From: Somniosus microcephalus
Lineage: Eukaryota
Assembly: GCA_052327205.1 (NCBI GenBank)
Contig: CM126210.1
Coordinates: 67,394,001-67,458,000 of the forward strand
Direction: 5' to 3'
DNA length: 64,000 nucleotides
Below the pieces are notes generated by a model. The model was given only the letters and a program-made list of their open reading frames with translations, made no database searches and was not told where the DNA came from. Shown piece after piece: positions 50,778 to 63,180 of this stretch. A program made the translations under genes and the position numbers. Position 1 is the stretch's first letter, and each line of letters starts with the position of its first letter.

Positions 50778-52294
50778 GGCCCAGAAATTCGGGTCGAGGG
50801 CTTCCCGCGGGTGTAAGCCCCTGACCTGCACTTACCTTGCGCGCCGGCCGTTGAGCTGTGAGCCCCCGTGGAATTCTGATCCTGGGCCTGCTCCAACAGC
50901 CGGCACACAGTGCTTGCATATCCCAGAGGCACAGTTAGTTTGATGCGACCCCTGGGATCACGTGGGCCATGGGGAGCCAATCGGAGCAGGGAATGCTTCA
51001 TTCATAAGTTTGACAGGAAGGGCTGTCAAACTTATAAATACTATAAGCCCTAAAATATCACTAAATCTTCAAATAAATTTAAAATAAAATCACATTTTTT
51101 AAATAAACTATAAATTACATGAAATAACTATTTTAAACAATGGCCCAGAACTTGGTGTCGGGGGCTTGCCGCGCGTGCAAGCCCCCGATGTGCGCTCACC
51201 CTGCACGCCGACATCTGAAACCTGGCCCGCAGTGGATTTCCTTTCAGTGGCCAGGTTCTGATGTCGGCGCGCTGTGCTAACCTGACCCAGCGGCGTAGTT
51301 AGTGCGATGTGCCGGCTGGGATCAGGTGAGCACTGTTCAGCCAATCATGGGAGGGGAAACTTCATTCATAAGTTTGAGAGTAAGAACTGTCAAACTCATG
51401 AGAAGTACTGCACCCCAAAACACTACTTAAACTTTAAATAAAATTTTTAAAAACATCGCAATCATTAAATTAAGTATAAATAAGTTAAAAAAAATAATTT
51501 AAACAATAATTTTTTTTTTGAAAAAAATATTTTTTTAATAAAAAGGGTCTAAAACTAAACTTACCTTATTGTAGATTCTTTAAAATAATAAACCTGTGGA
51601 AAAAAAATTCTAAATTGCACTAAAACACCACTTACCTGTAAAAATAAATACTTACGTGTGCTTTTTACAAGCGTAAAGACCGGAGGCCTTTACACATGCG
51701 CAAATCCTCCAAAACAGAGGAAATCCAAGACGCACGCGCTGCCCCCTACAGCGCACGCGCTAGCCTCTTCAACTCTTGGGTGAGAGGAGAGGAAATGCCG
51801 GTTTTCAGCGCATGCGCTGTGCATGCTGAAAACCGGCATTTCCTCCGGCCAGACGCGTGAGTACCCCTTCCGTACTCACGTGTTTGGGGAGGAATTTCTG
51901 CCCCAATAATTTAAATTTTTGAAAAAAATAATTTTATTTTCTAACATAGCTAAAAATAAACTTACCTTTCTTTAAAGTACTTAAAAATAATAAACCTGTG
52001 GAAAAAATGTTTTAATTTTAATTAATTCACCACTTACCTTGTAAAAAGCAGGCCTTGCGACTGCTTTTTATATGTGTAACTTCTGGAGACGTACCCTCCT
52101 GGGAAAACCTGCAAAAAAAACGTAAGTTCGATGCGCACGCGATGCCTCTCCTACGCACGCGTTTGACCTTTCAATCCCTTCTTTCAGGGGAACGGAAGTG
52201 CTGGTTTCCCGTGCATGCGCAGTGCATGCAGGAAACCGGCACTTCCATTGGGCTTACGAGTGAGTACCCCATGAGTACCCAAATTTCTGGCCTT
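50778..52294. mobile_element. Harbinger-like MITE, outer element
   Basis: TIRs ggcccagaaattcgggt / acccaaatttctggcc with probable TSD GTT. Confidence 0.8.
51142..51904. mobile_element. Harbinger-like MITE, inner element, related to the outer one
   Basis: Ends ggcccagaactt / aatttctgcccc with TSD AAT. Confidence 0.82.
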
Positions 52295-52513
52295 GTTTTA
52301 GAAAGAATTAAGAACTTGAAAATAGTTAGAGCAGCTGGGCCGGATGATATCTACCCGAGGGTCCTCAGGGAGATGGAACATGTTCTGTGCGAGCCCCTCG
52401 CCTGTATTTTTAATAGCTCACTGGACTCTGGAATGCTTCTGATAGACTGGAAGGAGGCTAATGTATTCCCCATCTTTAAAAAAGGTGACAAGACATACTC
52501 AGGTAACTATAGG

Positions 52514-53367
52514 TAGTTCTCCACTATCGTCCAGCTGGGTGCGACTGCACTCGCCTGGTTCCATTCTTATCTATCTTATCGTAGCCAGAAAATCACCTGC
52601 AATGGGTTCTATTCCCGCTCCCGCATCGTTACCTCTGCTGTCCCCCAAGGATCTATCCTTGGCCCCCTCCTATTTAGTATCTACATGTTGCCCCTTGGCG
52701 ACATCATCTGAAAACACAGCGTCAGTTTCCACATGTACGCTGACGACACCCAGCTCTACCTCACTACCACTTCTCTCAACCCCTCCACAGTCTCTAAATT
52801 GTCAGACTGCTTGTCCGACATTCAGTTCCTGATGAGCAGAAATTTTCTCCAATTAAATATTGGGAAAACCAAAGCCATTGATTTCGGTCCCCGCCACAAA
52901 CTCCGTTCCCTAGCCACTGACTCCATCCCTCTCCCTAACATCTGTCTGAGGCTGAACCACACTGTTCGCAACCTCGTTGTCATATTTGAACCTAAAATGG
53001 GATCCAGACCACATATCCGCGGCACAACTAAGACCGGCTATTTCCACCTCCGTAACATCGCCCGCCTCCACCCTTGCCTCAGCTCATCCGCTGCTGAAAC
53101 CCTCATGCATGCCTTTGTTACTTCTGCACTTAACTTTTCCAACGCACTCCTGGCTGGCCTCCCATATGCTACCCTATGTTAACTTGAGGTGATCCAAAAC
53201 TCGGCTGCCTATGTCCTAACTTGCACCAAGTCCCATTCACCCATCACCCCTGCACATGCTGACCTATATTGGCTCCCAGTTAAGCAACGCCTCAATTTCA
53301 AAATTCTCATCCATGTTTTCAAAACCCTCCGTGGCCTCACCGCTGCCTATCTCTGTAATCTCCTTCA
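52514..53367 (+). mobile_element. L2 RT fragment
   Basis: VPQGSILGP, YADDTQLY and YFHLRNIAR motifs. Confidence 0.9.
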
Positions 53368-55139
53368 AAGAACAGGCATGGTTGGGCAGTGGGCTCAGGT
53401 AAATGTAAACTTGCAGCTTGAACTTGCAGTTAGGGATAAAATACACCCACTATTAGAGCCAGGGGAACTTAAACAGCAGAAGAGAGGAGACTGGGGGAGA
53501 AAGATATAAACATCCGTAACATCCCTCTATCCATATATACCAATCCATTAACAGTAACATACCAATGTATTAACAATCCCCCTCTTTCCATATATCCCCA
53601 TCTATTAACAATACACCTCTTTCCATATATACCAATCTATTAACAATAACCCTCTTTCCATATATAGCGATATATTAACAATATCCCTCTTTCCATATAT
53701 AGCAATCTATTAACAATAACACTCCTCCATACATACAAATCTATTAACAATTCCCCTCTTACAATATATACCCATCTAATAACAATATCCCTCTTTTCAT
53801 ATACACCAATCTATTAACAATAACCCTCTTTCCATATATACCAATCTATTAACAATACCACTCTTTCCATAGATACCAATCTATTAACAATATATCCTCC
53901 TTTCGATATATAACAATCTATAAACAATCCCCCTCTTTCCATATATCCCCATCTAATAACAATAACTATCTTTCCATATATACCAATCTATTAACAATAT
54001 CCCTCTTTCCATATATCCCCATCTATTAACAATAATCCTCTTTCCATATATACCAATCTATTAACAATAACCCTCTTTCCATATATAGCTATCTATTAAC
54101 AAAAGCCTCTTTCCAGATAGACCCATCTATTAACAATAACCCTCTTTCCATATATATCAATCTATTAAAATTCCCCCTCTTTGAATATATACCCAACTAT
54201 TAACAATACCCCTCTTTCAATATATTCCCAACTATTAACAATGCACATCTTTGCATATACACCCATCTATTACCAAAACCATCTATCCATATATACCCAT
54301 CTATTAACAATATCCTTCTTTCCATATACACCAAATCTATTAACAATAACCCTCTTTCCATGTATACCAATCTATTAACAATATCCCTCTTTCCATATAT
54401 ACCAATCTATTAACAATAACCATATTTGCATATATACCAATCTATTAACAATACACCTCTTTCCATATATACCCATCCATCAACAACACACTTTTTTCAA
54501 TATATATATATATATATATACATATTAAGAATACCGCTCTTTCCATAGATGCCAATCTATTAAAAAGACCCCTCCTTCCTTGGATACCAATCTATTAACA
54601 ATACTCTTTTTCCATATATATCCATCTATTAACAACACAATTTTTACCATATATACACCAATCTATTAAAAATACTCCACTTTCCATAGATACCAATCTA
54701 TTGACAATGCACGCCTTTCGATATATACCCAACTATTAACAACACACTTTCTTCCATATATATATATCTCGATTAACTGTACCCCTTTTTCCATATAAGC
54801 CAATCCATTAACAATACCCTTCTTTCCGTATATACCCATTCATTAACAATAACCCTCTTCCATATATACCAATGTACAATACACTTCTTTTAATATATAA
54901 CCACTATTAACAATACCCTTCCTTCCATATATAAAAATGTATTAACAATACCCCTCTTTCCATATATACCAATCCATTAACAATCCCCCTCTTTCCATAT
55001 ATACCAATCTATTAACAATACCCCTCTTTCCATCTATACCAATCCATTAACAATCCCCCTCTTTCCATATATACCAAGTTATTAACAACTAGCTGGGGGG
55101 GCCCGGCGTTGCCAGGGCAGTTTAGAGGGCCACGCGGTT

Positions 55140-57591
55140 GACAGACTGGGGGGAGAAGAGTGAGATAGAGGCTGGGGGAGAAGAGAAAGAGAGAGAGATT
55201 GAGGGGAGAAGAGAAATAGATGGGGGGCAGAGAGAAACTGGGGGGCAGAGAGAGACTGGGGGGCAGAGAGAGACTGGGGGGATAGAGAGAGACTGGGGGG
55301 CAGAGAGAGACTGGGGGCAGAGAGAGACTGGGGGCAGAGAGAGACTGGGGGGCAGAGAGAGACTGGGGGAGAGAGAGAGACTGGGGGAGAGAGAGAGACT
55401 GGGAGTGTGAGAGAGACTGGGAGTGTGAGAGAGAGACTGGGAGTGTGAGAGAGAGAGAGACTGGGGGAGAGAGAGAGAGAGAGACTGGGGGAGAGAGAGA
55501 GAGAGAGAGACTGGGAGTGTGTGAGAGAGAGAGAGGGAAGCAGAGAGGGAAGGAGAGAGAGACAGAGAGCGAGAGGGAAGGNNNNNNNNNNNNNNNNNNN
55601 NNNNNNNNNNNNNNNNNNNNNNNNNNNNNNNNNNNNNNNNNNNNNNNNNNNNNNNNNNNNNNNNNNNNNNNNNNNNNNNNNNNNNNNNNNNNNNNNNNNN
55701 NNNNNNNNNNNNNNNNNNNNNNNNNNNNNNNNNNNNNAGACTGGGTGAGAGAGTGACTGGGGGGAAGAGAGAGAAAGAGAGAGAGACTGGGAGAGAGAGA
55801 GAGAGAGAGACTGGGGGAGAGAGAGACTGGGAGTGTGTGAGAGAGAGAGGGAAGGAGAGTGGGAAGGAGAGAGAGACAGAGAGAGAGAGAGGGAAGGAGA
55901 GAGAAGGCGAGAGATAAGGAAGGAGAGAGAAGGAGAGAGAGTGGGNNNNNNNNNNNNNNNNNNNNNNNNNNNNNNNNNNNNNNNNNNNNNNNNNNNNNNN
56001 NNNNNNNNNNNNNNNNNNNNNNNNNNNNNNNNNNNNNNNNNNNNNNNNNNNNNNNNNNNNNNNNNNNNNNNNNNNNNNNNNNNNNNNNNNNNNNNNNNNN
56101 GGGAAGGACAGAGAGAGAGAGGGAAGGAGAGAGAGAGAGGGAAGGAGAGAGAGAGAGGGAAGGAGAGAGGGAGAGAGGGAAGGAGTGAGAGAGAGGGAAG
56201 GACAGAGAGAGAGAGGGAAGGAGAGAGAGAGGGAAGGAGAGAGAGAGAGAGGGAAGGAGAGAGAGAGAGGGAAGGAGTGAGNNNNNNNNNNNNNNNNNNN
56301 NNNNNNNNNNNNNNNNNNNNNNNNNNNNNNNNNNNNNNNNNNNNNNNNNNNNNNNNNNNNNNNNNNNNNNNNNNNNNNNNNNNNNNNNNNNNNNNNNNNN
56401 NNNNNNNNNNNNNNNNNNNNNNNNNNNNNNNNNNNNNNNNNNNNNNNNNNNNNNNNNNNNNNNNNNNNNNNNNNNNNNNNNNNNNNNNNNNNNNNNNNNN
56501 NNNNNNNNNNNNNNNNNNNNNNNNNNNNNNNNNNNNNNNNNNNNNNNNNNNNNNNNNNNNNNNNNNNNNNNGAAGGAGACAGAGAGAGGGGGAAGGAGAG
56601 AGAGAGAGGGGGAAGGAGAGAGAGAGGGAAGGAGAGAGAGAGGGAAGGAGAGAGAGGGGGAAGGAGAGAGAGGGGGAAGGAGAGAGAGAGAATAGAATAT
56701 GTGATCAATGTCTGGCCGGCGAGGTTGAGACAGAGATGCATTTCCTCCTAAAATGCGAAAAATTCAACACAATAAGAAACATATTATTTGACAAGCTCAG
56801 CCAAACAACCCCAGGTTTCAAAGAATTGGATGACCTGTCAAAATTAAGATTAGTCCTGGGAGAAGGAGACAGACCATACCTTGGTGCAAAATATGTAACA
56901 ACATGTCACAACCTGAGGACTGTTTAAAATTAATCCTGAATGTACCCAACGATGTTCAACGACTTTAAATTAATATTGTTTAAACTAATATTGTATGTAC
57001 CCAACGAAGATCAAAATTGTTTGACACCTACAGAATGTTGGAAACCTGTACTTTTTGTTATGTAAGCTTTGGCAATATGGTTCCCTGTAAACTTTCATGC
57101 CAATAAAGCATTTGAATTCAATTGAATTGAGAGAGAGGGAAGGAGAGAGAGAGAGGGGGAAGGGGAGAGAGAGGGGGAAGGAGAGAGAGAGATGGGGAAG
57201 GAGAGAGAGAGAGGGCAAAGGAGAGAGAGAGAGGGAAGGAGAGAGAGCGAGGGGGGAAGGAGAGAGAGAGAGGGGGAAGGAGAGAGAGAGAGGGGAAGGA
57301 GAGAGAGAGAGGGGGAAGGAGAGAGAGAGAGGGAAGGAGCGAGAGAGGGAAGGAGCGAGAGAGGGAAGGAGAGAGAGGGGGAAGGAGAGAGAGAGAGAAG
57401 GGGAAGGAGAGAGAGAGGGGGGNNNNNNNNNNNNNNNNNNNNNNNNNNNNNNNNNNNNNNNNNNNNNNNNNNNNNNNNNNNNNNNNNNNNNNNNNNNNNN
57501 NNNNNNNNNNNNNNNNNNNNNNNNNNNNNNNNNNNNNNNNNNNNNNNNNNNNNNNNGTGAGAGGGGGAAGGAGAGAGAGAGTGGGAAGGAG
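55140..57591. repeat. GA-rich polypurine simple repeats with N gaps (also 60483-60970)
   Basis: gagagagagggaagga and gagactgggggg units. The ER/SL-rich ORFs are artefacts. Confidence 0.95.
56688..57129 (+). mobile_element. 5'-truncated RTE-X-like non-LTR retrotransposon 3' end in the GA repeat
   Basis: CCHC-type C-terminus RICDQC..EVETEMHFLLKC...LLGE-like...YVTTCH, then a 3' UTR ending catgccAATAAA...(TTGAA)n that runs into GAGAG. Confidence 0.7.
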
Positions 57592-60482
57592 AACATAAGA
57601 ACATAAGGACATAAGAAATAGGAGCAGGAGTAGGCCAATCGGCCCCTCGAGCCTGCTCCGCCATTCAATAAGACCATGGCTGATCTGATCCTAACCGCCA
57701 ATCCACTATCACAGAACCATCTCCTGAATCTAACAGAATTAGACCCACGAAATAGGAGCAGGATCAGGCTACACGGCCCCTGGGCCCGCTCCGCTACCCA
57801 CAGGGCCATGACCGATCCGAACCTAGACTCATGTCCAAATTCCTGCCCGCTCCCCGTAACCCTTAATTCCCTTTACTTCTAGGAAACTGTCTATTTCTGT
57901 TTTAAATTTATGTAATGATGTAGCTTCTACAGCTTTTTGGGGCAGCATATTCCATGGACCTACCACCCTCTGAGTGAAGTAGTTCCTCCTCATCTCAGTT
58001 TTGAAAGAGCAGCCCCTTATTCTAAGACTATGCCCCCTAGTTCTAGTTTCACCCATCACCGGGAACATCTTCCCTGCATCCACCCGATCCAACCCCTTCA
58101 CAATCTTATATGTTTCAATAAGATCGCCTCTCATTCTTCTGAACTCCAATGAGTAGAGTCCCAATCTACTCAACCTCTCCTCATATGTCCATCCCCTCAT
58201 CCCTGGGATTAACCGAGTGAACCTTCATTGTACTGACTCGAGAGCAAGTATGTCCTTTCTTAAGTATGGACACCAAAACTGTACGCAGTATTCCAGGTGC
58301 GGTCTCACCAATACCTTGTACAACTGAAGCAATACCTCCCTATTTTTATATTCTATCCCCCTAGCAATGAAAGCCAACATTCCATTGGCCTTCTTAATCA
58401 CTTGCTGCACCTGCATACTAACCTTTTGAGTTTCGTGCACCAGGACCCCCAGATCCCTTTGTACTTCAGTACTTTCCAGTTTCTTGCCATTAAGATAATA
58501 ACTTGCTCTATGATTTTTCCTGCCAAAGTGCATAACCTCACACTTTCCCGTATTGTATTCCATCTGCCAAATCTCTGCCCACTTACTTAGCCTGTCTATG
58601 TCCCCTTGAAGGTTTTTTATGTCCTCCTCACTCACTACTTTCCCCCCCATCTTAGTATCATCTGCAAACTTTGATATGTTACACTCGGTCCCCTCCTCCA
58701 AATCGTTAATATAGATTGTAAAGAGTTGGGGACCCAGCACTGACCCCTGCGGAACACCACTAGTTACTGATTGCCAGTCTGAGAATGAACCATTTATCCC
58801 AACTCTCTGCCTTCTGTTAGATAGCCAATCCTCTATCCATGCCAGAATATTACCCCCAATCCCGTGATTTTTTATCTTAAGCAATAATCTTTTGTGTGGC
58901 ACCTTGTCAAATGCCTTTTGGAAGTCTAAATACACGACGTCCACTGGTTCCCCTTTATCCACCCTATACGTTACTTCCTCAAAGAACTCCAGCAAATTTG
59001 TCAAACATGACTTCCCCTTCATAAAACCATGCTGACTTTGTCCTATTAAATTATGATTATCCAAATGTCCTGTTACTGTCTCCTTAATAATGGACTCCAA
59101 AATTTTACCTACTACAGATGTTAGGCTAACCGGTCTATAGTTTCCAGCCTTCTGTCTACTGCTCTTTTTAAATAAGGGTGTTACATTAGCAGTTTTCCAG
59201 TCTGCCGGGACCATTGCAGAGTCCAGGGAGTTTTGGAAAATTATTACCAATGCATCCACAATCCCTACCGCCACTTCCCTCAAGACCCGTGGATGTAAGC
59301 CATCAGGTCCAGGTGATTTATCCGCCTTGAGTCCCATTATTTTACCGAGTACCACTTCCTTAGTGATTTTGATCGTGTTTAGCTCCTCCCCCCCCTCTAG
59401 CCCCCTGTTTGTCCAGTGTTGGGATATTCTTAGTGTCTTCTACTGTAAAGACTGATGTAAAATATTCATTCAGTGTTTTTGCCATCTCCATATTTCCCAC
59501 CATTAATTTCCCGGTCTCATCCTCTAAGGGACCAACATTTACTTTAGCCACCCTTTTTCTTTTTATATAACTATAAAACTCTTACTATCTGTATTTATAT
59601 TTTTTGCTAATTTACTTTCATAATCTATCTTCCCTTTCTTAATCAATCTTTTTGTTATTTTTTGCTGTCTTTTAAAGTTTTCCCAATCCTCTATCCTCCC
59701 ACTAGATTTGGCTACCTTATATGCCCTTGTTTTTAGTCGAATACTATCCTTAATTTCTTTACTTAGCCACGGATGGCTGTCTTTTCTTTTACACCCTTTT
59801 CTTCTCAGTGGAATATATATTTTTTGGAAGTTTTAAAATAACTCCTTAAATGTACACCACTGATCATGTATCGTCTTACCCTTTAATCTATTTTCCCAAT
59901 CCACTCTACTCAATTCCGCTCTCATACCTTCATAGTCTCCTTTATTCAAGCTTAGCACGCTTGTTTGAGATCCAACCTTCTCGCCCTCTAATTGAATATG
60001 GAATTCAACCATGTTATGGTCACTCATTCCAAGGGGATCCTTTACTAGGACATTTTTAAATAAGCCTGTCTCGTTACACAGGACCAGATCTAAGGTTGCC
60101 TGCCCCCTGGTCGGTTCAGTTACATACTGCTCAAGAAACCCATCCCTAATACACTCAATGAACACATCCTCAAGGCAGCCCTGCCCAATTTGATTTGTCC
60201 AATTAATATGATAGTTAAAATCCCCCATAATTATAGATGTTCCCTTATTACAAGCCTCAACTATTTCCTGATTGATACTCCGTCCAACAGAGTTGCCACA
60301 GTTCGGAGGCCTATAGATTACGCCCACTAGTGTTTTTTTCCCCTTATTATTCCTTACCTCCACCCAAACTGTTTCATTGTCCTGATCTTTTGACCCAATA
60401 TCATTTCTCTGTATTACAGTGATTCCTTCCTTTATTAACATAGCCACCCCACCTCCCCTTCCTTCCTGCCTGTCCTTCCTGA
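57592..60482 (-). mobile_element. CR1 LINE, 5'-truncated within the APE domain, ORF2 broken into several frames
   Basis: APE (GGGV, YRPP, GDFN, SDH) at 59833-60482, RT (FADD) at 58225-59355, C-terminus at 57829-58200, and a (TTCTTATG)n tail. Confidence 0.95.
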
Positions 60483-63180
60483 TCGAGAGAGAGGGAGAGA
60501 GAGAGGGAAGGAGAGAGAGAGAGGGAAGGAGAGAGAGGGGTAAGGAGAGAGAGAGGGGAAGGAGAGAGAGNNNNNNNNNNNNNNNNNNNNNNNNNNNNNN
60601 NNNNNNNNNNNNNNNNNNNNNNNNNNNNNNNNNNNNNNNNNNNNNNNNNNNNNNNNNNNNNNNNNNNNNNNNNNNNNNNNNNNNNNNNNNNNNNNNNNNA
60701 GAGGGGNNNNNNNNNNNNNNNNNNNNNNNNNNNNNNNNNNNNNNNNNNNNNNNNNNNNNNNNNNNNNNNNNNNNNNNNNNNNNNNNNNNNNNNNNNNNNN
60801 NNNNNNNNNNNNNNNNNNNNNNNNNNNNNNNNNNNNNNNNNNNNNNNNNNNNNNNNNNNNNNNNNNNNNNNNNNNNNNNNNNNNNNNNNNNNNNNNNNNN
60901 NNNNNNNNNNNNNNNNNNNNNNNNNNNNNNNNNNNNNNNNNNNNNNNNAGGGAGGAGATAGAGAAGAGAGGAAGACACCTCGAGGAAGGGGTTGGACTCA
61001 GAGCCCGGCCTTGGTGAGCTGGAGCCCCCGTGCACGGCGTAGCGCCTCAGGCCCGGCCCGAGTGACCCCAGCTCAGCTCCTGCTCTGGCCCGCCGCTCCC
61101 CCGCTCGATGTCATTTGGGCTCTCAGGCCACGCGGGTGTATCTGTCTCTGTGTGTGAATGCTCGCTGTCTATCGGGCTCTCGGGCCACGTGGTTGTCTCT
61201 GTCTATGTCTGTGTATCTGTTTTCCCGGTCCCGCACTCACGGCAGGCTGCAGGATTAGGCCCCACCCACACACGCCATGAAATTCCCCCGTGATGCACCG
61301 CGCTTCCCCTGTAGGACTGGTCAACCATCACGTCACTCAATGCTAATGAGCGGATTTTGTCCATTTTTTGAATGTTTTCTGTACTGTCCGAGCGATTCTT
61401 GTCTGACCAAAAAGTAAATATGCCTATGACACTCCCCTAATCATAAGCTTTCTTTTGATATAACATATGTGTAGGTATGCTCTATAAGTTGTGAGTTTAC
61501 CGCGGACATACAGACAGACAGACAGACAGACTCATCCATTTAGATATATAGATACCCGTCTTTCCATATATCCCCATCTATTAACAATAACCCTCTTTCA
61601 ATATATACCAATCTATTAACAAAACCCTCTATCCATATATACCAATCTATTAACAATAACCATCTTTACATATATACCAATCTATTAACAAAACCCTCTA
61701 TCCATATATACCAATCTATTAACAATAACCATCTTTACATATATACCAATCTATTAACAATATCCCTCTTTCCATATGTACCAATCCATTAACAACATCC
61801 ATCTTTCCAGATATACCCATTTATTAACTATAATCCTCTTTCCATATATACCCATCTATTAACTATACCGCTCACTCCATATGTGCCAAACTATTAACAA
61901 TATGCTTCTTTCCATATATATATGTATCTGTTAACAATACCCCTCTTTCCATCCTTACCAATCTATTAATAATACCATTCTTTCCATATATAGCAATCTA
62001 TTAACCATACCCCTTTTTCCATATATACCTATCCATTAACAATAACACTCTTTCCCTATATACCCATCTATTAACAATACCCATCTATCCATATATCAAT
62101 TTATTAAAAATAACCCTCTTTCCCTATATACCCATCTATTGACAATATCCCTCTTTCCATATATACCCATGTATTAACTTTAGCGCTCGCTCCATAGATC
62201 CCAAACTATTAACAATATGCTTCTTTTCATATATATATATGTCTATTAACAATGCCTCTCTTTCCATACATAAAATTCTATTAACATTTCCCCTCTTTTT
62301 ATATACTCCCATCTATTAACCAAACCCCTTTTGCATTTATACCAATCTATTAACAATATCCCTCTTTCTATATATACCAATCCTTTAACAATATCCCTCT
62401 TTCCATATATATCAATCTATTAACAATTCCATTATTTCCAAATATACCAAACCATTAACAATATCCCTCTTTCCATATATATCCATCTTTTAACCATATC
62501 CCCCTTTCCATATATCCATCTATTAACAATATCCCTCTTTGCATATATACCAATCCATTAACATTATCCCTCGTTCCATATATACCCATTTATTAACAAT
62601 ACCCCTCTTTCCATATATCCATCTATTAACAATATCCGTCTTTCCATATATACCAATCAATTAACAATAACCCTCTTTCAATATATATCAATCTATTAAC
62701 AATACCCTTATTTCCATATATATCCATCTATTAACAACACAATTTTTACCATATATATACCAATCTATTAAAATACCCCTCTTTCCATAGATACTAATCT
62801 ATTAACAATACACCTCTTTCCATAGATACCAATCTATTAACCATGCCCCTCTTTCCATATATCCATCTATTAACAATAACCCTCTTTCCATATATACCAA
62901 TCCATTAACAACATCCATCTTTCCATATATACCCATTTACTAACTATACCCCTCTTTCAATATATACCTATCTATTAAGTATACCGATCACTCCATATAT
63001 GCCAAACTATTAACAAGCTACTTCTTTCCATATATATATGTATCAATTAACAATACCCCTTTTTACATCGATACCAATCTATTAACAATACCCTTCTTTC
63101 CATATATACCCATCTATTAACCATACCCCTTTTTCCATATATACCCATCCATTAACAATAACCATCCATTAACAATAATA

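Larger units (their letters stand above)
50250..52513 (+). mobile_element. Decayed CR1-type ORF2 fragment split by nested MITEs
   Basis: KPRWLT, AEILNEYF, GPDDIYPRVLRE, DWKEANV.PIFKKG...NYR. Confidence 0.8.
55089..61552 (-). mobile_element. Non-autonomous Helitron with nested insertions
   Basis: On -: 5'-TC start at 61552, a (GTCT)n microsatellite near the 5' end, GC hairpin gccctggcAACgccgggc (55101-55118) and 3'-CTAG (55089-55092). It sits between host A and T with no TSD, and removing it restores the satellite unit aacaa|tacccg. Confidence 0.88.
53515..63180. repeat. 35-bp AT-rich satellite (53515-55088 and 61553-63180), split by the Helitron
   Basis: Unit atatataccaatctattaacaataaccctctttcc. 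Confidence 0.95.

Noticed and set aside
55122-61035. Long ER-rich or SL-rich ORFs of 270-540 aa
   Set aside because: Artefacts of GA repeats and N gaps.
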